From contig JAQGDQ010000013.1 of assembly GCA_030141605.1 (NCBI GenBank), positions 572,447 through 636,446 of the forward strand: 64,000 nt of DNA. The letters are read 5' to 3'. Below the pieces are notes generated by a model that saw only the letters and a list, made by a program, of their open reading frames with translations, did not search any database and was not told the DNA's origin. Below are positions 38,413 through 64,000 of this stretch, in pieces (position 1 is the first letter of the stretch; every line of letters begins with the position of its first letter). This stretch comes from Tubiluchus corallicola (taxonomy: Eukaryota > Animalia > Priapulida). The position numbers and the translations under genes are program-made.

Positions 38413-38773
38413 AACTGTTTTGTTATGAAAACAAAAAGAACCAAGCGTTCGTTGAACATTACCAACCATTTCTTTATAGTCACTGCTGACTGAAGTAGCC
38501 GTAAAGTCAGGGTTAAATATCCTGACTCTGTTTTTCAATCAAGCGTTTAATCTTTTGTCTTTCAAAACCATCAGTACAGTTCATTGACTTTTGCACAACA
38601 CAGAAACACGAACCATCAGTATACAGTTCATTGACTTGTGTAACACAGACACAAAGTTAACAAAGTGACACGATCACTCAAGTGGAGTGTCATAAACTGT
38701 GCTCCTGGCGTATTACTTGCCATTAACTTCAGCTAGTCCGCGCAGTTGCGTCAAGTTCTGTTATGCGTTCAGA
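38413..38773. promoter_or_regulatory. Putative bidirectional promoter/5'UTR region between TTLL-A and the dioxygenase
   Basis: Divergent ATGs lie at 38412 (-) and 38774 (+). The region contains a duplicated unit of about 45 bp carrying AGTTCATTGACTT. Confidence 0.6.
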
Positions 38774-39769
38774 ATGTCTCATGCAAATAAGTTGAGTATT
38801 GCTACTTTGCTTGTTGAATTAATATGTAGAGTATATTCAGCTACATGTGATGTGAGTTATGCATCACATTGTGATCAAAACACAACATCTTGTGTAAATG
38901 TGACACCACTCCTCACGCCACCGACTTGTGCCTCATATCAACTGAAACCACTTCGATTAGGTGCAGAGGTCCGCGGATTGGATTTGAAAAGACACGTGCC
39001 CCAATGTGTCATACAGCAAATAAAGAGAGACGTCACCACACATCGAATGCTCATATTCAAAGAACAAAAAATCGTAAATGGTGATAGGCATCTTGAAATC
39101 GGAAGATGGTTTGGTGAACCACAGTCAGTGGAGTACGGACATGATAAATCACCCCATCCTCATCTTCTACAAAGAGTTTCCAATGATCCGGATGAAGGCC
39201 TATTGAAATTTGGAAACGAGGGTTGGCACATTGACGGCACATACATACCAAAACCGTTCAGCTATGCTCTCTTACATATTATTTCTGTGCCAAAAGATGG
39301 AGATACCATGTACGTTGCACTGAATGATCTGGTCAAGGGACTTGATAGAGAAAGGAGAAAAACATGGGAAAGACTTCATTTGCGGAGGCACTTTAATGGA
39401 GTAAAAGTGGAGCATCCAGTGGTCTACTCGCATCCAGTTACAAATGAGACGGTGTTATGTCTTCACACTGGTCATACTGAACTGTTTTTATGGGACAAAG
39501 GGACGCCCCAAGAACGACTGACGGACAGGTTAGAAACTGAAGCGATAATAAGAGATATTCACAAGGAAATTACGAGAGAAAATGGAAAGTTTATTTACTC
39601 GCATAAGTGGGAAGCTGGAGATTTTATCATTTCTGACAACTTGGCTCTAGCCCACATAGCAAGTCCCGCTACTCAATACCCACCAGAAGAGATTGGACTG
39701 AGAATCCTCCATAGGGTGACTATCGAAGGAATATCTCAACCAATCAAGGCGTATGACCTCAACGATTAG
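38774..39769 (+). CDS. TauD/TfdA-family Fe(II)/2-oxoglutarate dioxygenase, intronless, with signal-peptide-like N-terminus (331 aa)
   Basis: Motifs are LGAEVRGLDL, GWHIDGTY (HxD), VEHPVVYSHP, HKWEAGDFIISDNLALAH (distal His) and LRILHRVTI (2OG-binding Arg). The first ATG is at 38774 (the ORF track starts at an upstream GTG). Confidence 0.92.
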   Translation: MSHANKLSIATLLVELICRVYSATCDVSYASHCDQNTTSCVNVTPLLTPPTCASYQLKPLRLGAEVRGLDLKRHVPQCVIQQIKRDVTTHRMLIFKEQKIVNGDRHLEIGRWFGEPQSVEYGHDKSPHPHLLQRVSNDPDEGLLKFGNEGWHIDGTYIPKPFSYALLHIISVPKDGDTMYVALNDLVKGLDRERRKTWERLHLRRHFNGVKVEHPVVYSHPVTNETVLCLHTGHTELFLWDKGTPQERLTDRLETEAIIRDIHKEITRENGKFIYSHKWEAGDFIISDNLALAHIASPATQYPPEEIGLRILHRVTIEGISQPIKAYDLND

Positions 39770-42700
39770 TATTTAACGAACAGGAAAGAAAACCATCCAA
39801 ATAAGAATTTAATATATATGGGTGCTTGCATTGCAAGTGCGTCTGTGAAAGGTCAGCTTTTTTAGTTATTCACGTATCCTGAATCTCCATTTCATGAGGA
39901 TCATTTTGATACTAAGTTCATCGCTTTACGGTATTTCTAAGCTGAGATAATCCACGTTAAAGTTGAGATGAGCGTTGCGTAACGAAAAACTAGTCTAGAG
40001 TTGGCCTTTGTTTTTATCCAGTTTCTACAAAAATACCTTAGTAACCGTACGGAAGGGTGGTTGCTATGGACTTTGCAGACGTACCTGGCACTGCTGGTGA
40101 ATTTGGTGAATGTCGTGTGCAAGTACGACCAATTTACTACTTTGACTGAAAAACGAAACAATATCATTACTAGTCACTTACCTGTGACACCTATTTAATT
40201 ACCAGCTACAAATTAAGAAATAAATCTTAAGAAAATAATTAAAGTTAAGTTTTATAGAACAGTACAAGCTTATGTGTAGGCTTTTTCAGTGCAAAACATT
40301 TCGTTATACATTTTCGCTGAAAAGCACTACTACTAATGCTTTTGCTCACACAGGTATGGTAATTATCAAATTAAAAACAGGTGTGAAAATGGCTTTTTAC
40401 TGTGTTACAAGAACAAAATTTCTCAGCACACACTTGATGATCATGAGCACGTATATTGCAACTTCATCACACACACGTTAAACATTCATCATATTGATGA
40501 GAAAAGTGTAAATAGTGTGCAGGTAATTTAACTAGAACAAATATTAATTACAGGTGTGAACTTCAATTTAAATGTGATTCCTCTGATGTAAATTGCTGTG
40601 TTTTTAAGTATTTTGAGAAATATTGCACTGTTTTGAGGCACGGTAATGTCTGTTTTTGAATGTAGCGTATTTCTGCATAAACTTCTCATAGCAGGTTAAT
40701 TACAAGTGATTTCAGGTGTGCAAGCAGCACCAATGCCATATCATTGCGATAAAAAAATAAAAGCATCTACTTTATATTAGTATTTTAGTATTACTTTTCA
40801 ATTACTGATGCTCTGTGGTACATATTGCAAATGTGAATGAAATGTCGGGGGAGGAGGGGTGAATGTATCTGCTGTATATACATTAGCGTTTTTTACTAAT
40901 TTTTGTATAGTGCTATATATTTTATTTTGTACGTTTTAACTACTGTTTTTATTTGGCAGAAATTCTGAAATAAAGGTTTATATTTAAATTGAATTCTTCT
41001 AGTGCAGAGTTTTACAAAAAATTTACTATGATACAGATCGACATGCTTAATTGCTTATGACACAAGACAGCATCAATGATTATCATCTTCCTAAATGTAG
41101 AACTAATAATACTAAGATTTTTCTATAGGAAAATCTTACTGTTTTTCATCCAGTTATTATTAAGATTTTGCTATTTAGGAAAAAAATGCATTAAGTGTTG
41201 AGCAATGGTACCTTGTAGCACATACGTCACAGTGAGATATCAAGGGCAAAATATCAAATGAAATTTGGTTTTAGTTTTGACAACTGTATCACGTGTTGCT
41301 ATTCAGATATAATCAAATGAGCTGCTTTGAAGACTTTATATGCTTAGGTTATTGATTGCAGGTGCAAATGAAAAGTAATTACAGGTATACATGATAGATG
41401 TTTTAACTAAATACTTAAGTATTGCCATTTTCTTTGTTTAAATCGTTTAACGTTGCTATGCTATTCCTTACTTTCTCAAATTACACGCTTCTCGGGTATC
41501 ATTATCATCACCTATTGCAGGTGTGTATTAAAGGACAAGAAGAGAGGTACCTGAAGTAGGTTTCAGAAAAAAACGACTTAAACTTTACATAACTTTATAG
41601 CAATTTTATGCGTATGTAGTACTCGTGTTTAAAGGATTTTTTATTTGTTTTCATTTTAAATCTCCCGCAATACTGTTCCGATCGCGCCATTACATGACGT
41701 CATATACGTTTAACGTAAATCAGGGGAAGAAAAGGAAATGTTAACTCATGTCCCAAAATATTACTTAGCCTTTCGCTTACCTAGACTTATGTAACTAGAA
41801 AATAAAATGTTGAATTATTTTAAATGTTTTCACAATTTGGTAAAATGTCGTTGACTCACCATCCAGGGTGCACCACTCACTAACAAAAAAATGTATTTTT
41901 CATCTTATTGACAAGATAAAGTAATTTAAAATTTTGCTTGGTTAGTGACGTGTGAACTACGAATACTCTGATTATTTTTTCAAACTTTACTCAGTGTTAT
42001 CTAAACTTGTTTCAAATAACTTATGGCTGCGTCTAACTCTCATCGCGGGAGTATAAATTTATCAGGTTTTATACAGCGTTACTGCCGACGCAAGCCCTGT
42101 AAAGTTTGAAGACGAATGTTTTAAGCTTTATGTAAATGCAGGGTTTTCTTGTGTTTCAAGCTTATTTACCAGTGTTTCACACTTGATGAACTAAAAATAA
42201 CGCGACATTACGTTTAAATCCAGTAGACGCTCTTCGGGATTATGATGCTTGATACGAAAGAACCACAAGGAAAATGGCCGCTTCCTTGAGAAGCTATTAG
42301 CGTTGAAAGTTAGGCCAGTTCTTTCAACTTCTGTGCTAATTTTTAAACGATGATGTAGATAATGAGTCATAAAACTTAAATTTTTAGAAACATTACAGAC
42401 ATCGAAGCTGATTTCCTGTGGAAATACGAAAGTTTAATACATTTTAGCGCCTATTGCGCACAAAATTAAAAATTTGATATCCGACCCGATTTTTGCTTTG
42501 ATGCCTTTTTGCGCGATGATGACTGGGCGGTTTTGTTTTTCTTTAGGTTATGTTTTTTTTTCTATTACAAATGACGAGAAATAATGCTTTTGGGGCCTAA
42601 AAAACAAAGGTGCGATATTGTGGACAATATACGTGTGTAATTTGTTTGTAAGACAATGTTAGAAACAAAAATATGCCTCTGCATTCACAGCTTAACCTGT

Positions 42701-44136
42701 GTCACCTGCTCATATGCCTCTGTAAATATCCATGTCTGCGAAAAAAAGGTCATTTTGGTGATTTGCACCTTGGCGACCCGTCTCTGAACGATTATTCATT
42801 TGAGCTGTGACTCTTCAATACTAATTACGTGCAGAAATAAATCACCACTGGGTCAATGTTTTTGTCCCAGAAAATTTTTTCCAGGATTTTGTCATAGATA
42901 ATTTTTTCTATGAGTTACTAGTACTACTTATTTTGTCACATATCAAAGACACGTGTCTTTCCCGACTTGTAATAATAATTATTACACCTGTAATTAGCAT
43001 TTTTGGTGACTGATTTAGCTGAAATGACACTAGCGTACAAGAGTACATGACAAACATGTGCAGATACAGCACAGGTACTACAGCTATATACAAAAACTTG
43101 GTGTCTGTATATGCATGAGAAAGTGGTAATACAGTTTCTACCTAAATGATGTTCTACCTGCAATTATTTGTGGTGGGCATCTGAAATGACACTGAATTCT
43201 GTAAACTGCTTTTATACAGTACAAGTACCATCAAGGAAATACTAACATTTTACTTATAATTATAAAGCTAAGTATAACATAGTCATAACAACTATCTCAG
43301 CAGGTAAACGTCACACCAGTAATTACCAATGTTAATAATTTACCTGTTCAAAACAAATTTTATAATATCAAAAGTGTATAAGTCTATTTAATTTCTCATA
43401 AGTTTACAACTACGATCTAAACTGTACAAAAAACAAAAATAACTATGTAGTTGTAACGTTAAAGTCGGAAAATGTTGGATTTGTATCACCTGTAACTACA
43501 CTGATTTCTTTGTTTACCTGGAAATGATAACCTGGAGCATGTTTACAGCAATGTACTTAAATAGCAGATTATTTATAAAATGGGCATAGTTATTTTCACA
43601 AGTTTTTTTTCCCATTTTTGTTAGCACTACAGACCAACGCTTTTAATTGTCTCACCTGTAATTAATTTTCTTTACCTGGCAAACACAAACACTCTAAAGA
43701 TACTCTGCTGGTATATTTGTTCATAAGTTACACAAAATTTTTAAAAAGACAAGAAAACAAACATAAAATTAGTAATATAAACAAATGTTAAACTCTCGTG
43801 TGATAAAAGTAATTACTATAACTTACCTTTAATTAAATTAACACAGGTAGCACAGGTAAATAACAAAGGCACTCAAAATTCATCAAAGGAAAGTACAATG
43901 GCTGTACTCGCATACAAACTGCCAGAAAGAAAATTATACTTAATAGTACTCTCCCAAATCCCATAGCAACCAACACCTTCCTCAATTGCTATGTAAATTT
44001 ACTGAAAATTTTAACACAAACCTTGAAAGCCATTTTCTCCAATTTTAATTTTGATTTTATTCGCCACGCGCTCAACTATAAATGCGAATATCTTCGCTCC
44101 GAAAGGACGTCGAGAGCTGAAACTAGTAGCAAAATG

Positions 44137-44543
44137 TAGGGGTGAGCATTCTCTACCAGAAAGCGAATTCGAATCGAACCGAATTTGTGACTTTCGAATT
44201 CGAATCGAATCGAACTTCATTGTTTCGAATTCGAACCGAATTCGAATTGAGATTGAACGATTTTCGAACAAGTTTTCGAACTACCAGTAAAAATTAGTCT
44301 TACAAAGATCATGCGTATCACTATATTTTGTTCTGCAATAAAACGACTAGTAATTTGTGTAAAATTGTGCACAGAAATCACAGCTAAATTATGCTAATTG
44401 CATGATGTTTCAATCGTTTTAGTGATAAAGAACATGTGTGATTGAAGTGCTGAATTATTCGAATCTATAGTTTTGGATTCGAATCGAATTCGAACTAAAA
44501 AAACTCGTTCGAATCGAATTCGAGCGTTCGATGCTCACCCCTA
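44137..44543. mobile_element. hAT-like MITE
   Basis: TIRs TAGGGGTGAGCAT/ATGCTCACCCCTA, an 8-bp TSD gcaaaatg/ccaaaatg (1 mismatch) and subterminal TTCGAA repeats. Confidence 0.85.
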
Positions 44544-44914
44544 CCAAAATGATCGGCATGAACAGAAGAATAAGAATACGCATATAACTAAAAATTGGTA
44601 CCTAGCGCACCACGGACGGTTTTGCTATGCACGGTCACCAGTATAAAAATAGTATGTTCCCTTTCAAGTGTAGAATATAGTGTAAATTGTTTTGAGCTAT
44701 AGTTTCATATTGTGAGTGGTTTTCTTATTTCTAATCAAATCTACTATCATGTATATAATCGCCAAACGTTCACAGTTTTTAGACTGCATGCAACTTGTGA
44801 CATTTTACCATCTCAGTGGGATTTGCTGTGTTAATCTGGTCTCAGCCTCTGCCCAAGAATGGCTCTTAGATTGTATGTCGTTTACTGTGGCGAACTGGGT
44901 AAGGTTAGAAATGC

Positions 44915-45690
44915 AAGAATGCTTGTCTATTGAGCTGGCTAAGGTAAGGACTTCATGAATGCTTGTCTGTTGAAATGGGTAAGGTTAGAACTGCATGAAT
45001 GCTTGTCTGTTGAACTGGCTAAGGTTAGAACTGCATGAATGCTTGTCTGTTGAACTGGCTAAGGCTAAAACTTGCATGAATGCTTGTCTGTTGAACTGGG
45101 CAAGTCTAAAACTGCATGAATGCTTGTCTGTTGAACTGGCTAAGGTTGGAACTGCATGAATGTTTGTCTGTTGAACTGGCTAAGGTTAGAACAGCATGCA
45201 TGCTTGTCTGTTGAACTGGCTAAGGCTAGAACAGCATGAATGCTTGTCTGTTGAACTGGCTAAGGTAAGGACTTCATGAATGCTTGTCTGTTAAACTGGG
45301 TAAGGCTAAAACTTGCATGAATGCTTGTCTGTTGAACTGGGCAAGGCTAGAACAGCATGAATGCTTGTCTGTTGAACTGGCTAAGGTAAGGACTTCATGA
45401 ATGCTTGTCTGTTAAACTGGGTAAGGCTAAAACTGCATGAATGCTTGTCTGTTGAACTGGCTAAGGTTGGAACTGCATGAATGTTTGTCTGTTGAACTGG
45501 CTAAGGTTAGAACTGCATGAATGCTTGTCTGTTGAACTGGCTAAGGCTAGAACTGCATGCATGCTTGTATGTTGAACTGCCTAAGGCTGGAACTGCATGC
45601 ATGCTTGTCTACTGAGCTGGCTAAGGCTAAAACTGCATGAATGCTTGTCTGTTAAACTGGCTAAGGCTAGAACAGCATGAATGCTTGCCT
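44915..45690. repeat. Minisatellite, about 40-bp unit, about 19 copies
   Basis: Unit gcatgaatgcttgtctgttgaactggctaagg(t/c)tagaact. Confidence 0.95.
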
Positions 45691-46169
45691 GTTTGTTTTT
45701 TGAAACGTTTGTTATACATAGTAGCTAGGATGTGTCTCTGTTTATTTGTCTCAGACGTTTTTCTTGAAAACTCTCAACATTTCAGGTATAAATTGTCAGG
45801 TTGATTGTAGAAGAACATCTTAGAATAAGCTTTCACATGTACCACAGTTAATGGGTACTTAAGGTCTACTGGAGTGTTAATTACCTGGTTTAGCAAGTTG
45901 GTTGCCCACGCCTGCCTGTCTTGATACGCTCATAAATCAAATACTTGACCATAGGATTTGACGTAAGAGAGCGCGTTGACTCTCTAAAGACTTAGTGCTT
46001 GGAGGAGTTTGTTTAATGAAACGAATTTATAGCGATTTGTGAGTTCAGTGCTCCGACATTCTCTCTGTCTACAGCTCATTTATTACAAAACGGCTGTAGC
46101 GCGTGATTTGGGTGTTAAGTGATTTTGAGAACGGTGCGGACTTCTTTGTACACGAAATTATCAACCAGA

Positions 46170-61722
<15,553 letters not shown>

Positions 61723-64000
61723 GTAATAAACTAACAAATGATTCTCTTGATGTCTCGATTATTGGTTCCAATAATTTAGTTTAAACAGTTAAAGACAAGA
61801 AAACATTATTCATAAATAAATCATAAAAACTAAAATGCCTTGCTTAAAAATGCAAAAGAAATTTAAGTATTTTTGTCTCCCGCCAATCGAACCTCGTTGC
61901 GGGCATATTTTAAAAAATTGATGCAAGCTGGTGGATTGCGTGAACGCCGTGAAAGTATCATGCAGTTTATTCTGAAGTTCAACTATTCTAGCGTTGTTTG
62001 TAACTGTGTCTATGTAAAAATTAGTCACCAGATTCAACTAGCAACAATTTAAAGTGCTCTAATCCACAGGATTGTACCTTAAATGAATAAGTACTGTATA
62101 GTGTACATAATAAATTTACATAAGCATGCTATTCTGCGCAGGGGCCGAACTAGATGTGGCAAGCAGGGGGGGGGGCAGAAAAATTTTCTGGTAGGGCGAG
62201 GTATCCGAAGTGGTTAAATAATGGTTAAGCCAATTTTTAACGCCTTTTATACTGCATGCAGGCCTATAATTAGCATGTGTGTAGGACGGCGTAGCGGACA
62301 GAGCAATAATGAGAAAATTAACTCTCAGTTAACCTAACGTTATTAATGTGCCTCTAACTAAATTGTTATTTACAGAAATTTATCATGCACAAGTTTTAAG
62401 AAAATAATACGCAGGAAATAATGTCAAAATGAAATGTGGAACGATACTTCCTTGGACAAAAAAAGTCTAAAGTTTTCAAAAAGTCTCAAATTTCAGCATG
62501 GTACCGCTGCTACACCAGCATCTTATAGCTGTGCACACAGACCTGTTGGCCTGTGTGTAGAGCCTGTGACTGTGTGTGGTCCCTGTAGGCCTACACTGTG
62601 ATAGGCACCTCTATGCACACTGAGTTTTGTCTGCACGCACATTGAAGCTACCAAACATTTTTTTGCCTAATTCTCTAATTCATATTGAAAATGATTACAT
62701 GCGAACTGCAATTTTCACTGCAAAAAAATTATTTGTCGGATTTCGCAGGGGGGGGGCAAATTTTGGCAGGGAGGTTATTTAGCTATAAGAGTTCAGTTTT
62801 AGCTTGTTAAAATAATTATTCTATTACTTTGTAAGTACTAATCCCAGGTTATTATACTAGGTATCATCAGTAACCATTTTTGATTACATAGACATAGACA
62901 TAGAACATTTATTTTCTCCAATTAGTTTAAGATCAAAAGTTTTTTAAATATTAAGTAATTATAATCGTAGAGCAGGGCAGTGAAGGACCATAGGGTCATC
63001 TAGTCTCCTGCCCTTTCTTATAAATAGATTAGTATATTAAAAATTAACGGTGATGCTGCAGATAACAAAAACAAATAAGAAAAAATGATAATAAAAACAG
63101 TATAAATGATACAAATTATCCAAAAAGAACTGAACACAAAAAATAATAAAGTTAGATACCTAAATCTAAACAAAACAATACAATTATTCAGTAATTAGGA
63201 TTATTATATGTAGTAGTTTCAAATGAGGTCTTATTTACAGAATGGAAAGTATGGAAAGATAAAAATAAGCATCAAAAAAGTGTAATATAGAAAAATTTAT
63301 GAGAAAAAGTAAGTATGAGAAAGAGCAACAATTACTCAATTGGAGATGAGGATAAAAAAGAAAAGAAAAAAACTTGCTAGCTTGCTTATTAGTCTTACAA
63401 GTGTTGTGAATAAATTTATAAATCGACAAATTAGTAGTAAATTAATGGAGTTATCAGCTGAATTAGATTCAGTTGATAAATCTCATGCCCCCCCCCTGAT
63501 TTCATAAGATAAATTTATTGGTTGACAGAGAAACTCACTCAGCTGATAAGTGCGGATTTAATGCGATGCAAATTATTGCACATTGTAGAGGAACACAGGT
63601 GTCTATTTAAGCGAAGACACTATTGTCTTGTATAAACCCATGCAGAGTTACAGTAATTAACGGAAGAACGGTAGTAGGCAGATGTCTTATGAAGATGACT
63701 TTATGGGTCCTCACCAAGGTCTCTACCAGCGCTCGGAGACATTGGAGGAAGAGAAATCTAAAGATTTGCCGACGACGGAAAAGAGATCTCACGGAGCGAA
63801 AGAATTCGAAGACCGCCTTGCTGATCGTAAAGGCAGAAATCGCATAGCAGGAGATGTCACCTGCCGTCAATGTTGCCATATGGTGCAATCTTTAGCGAGG
63901 TCAGCTCTTCAAGATATAAACTCTGAGTTTTAGACACACAGACACACACGGCGGTGTGCGACACGAGAGTCACACACACACGGGATCTCAGACACGAGAT

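Noticed and set aside
38699-38773. GTG-initiated N-terminal extension of the dioxygenase
   Set aside because: It is a non-ATG start from the ORF caller, and the first ATG at 38774 gives a sensible signal peptide.
63607-63933. Overlapping short ORFs at the window end as the next TTLL-B exon
   Set aside because: They lack the expected FELxGxD/LExN motifs and no family was recognisable.

Overview
AT-rich animal (probably marine invertebrate) genomic DNA with large, repeat-filled introns. Hand exon-stitching gives four genes. (1) A small Maf (MafK-like) bZIP gene (+, 766-2181). (2) A complete 14-exon TTLL4-like ATP-grasp ligase, here called TTLL-A (-, 38412-5944, about 573 aa). (3) An intronless TauD/TfdA-family Fe(II)/2-oxoglutarate dioxygenase (+, 38774-39769), head-to-head with TTLL-A with only about 360 bp between start codons. 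(4) A second TTLL4-like paralog, TTLL-B (+, from 46170, 9 exons found, running off the window). The main observation is that all three enzymes belong to normally cytosolic families, yet each begins with a signal-peptide-like N-terminus followed by N-glycosylation sequons. Both TTLLs also keep much of the ATP-grasp core but have changed the residues that bind the donor glutamate. This suggests a clustered secretory-pathway peptide-ligation plus hydroxylation system, which is an inference and untested. The introns hold a Gmr1-type LTR retrotransposon with both LTRs but lacking its RT core, a 5S-rRNA-headed SINE, several LINE remnants, Kolobok- and hAT-like MITEs and many minisatellites.
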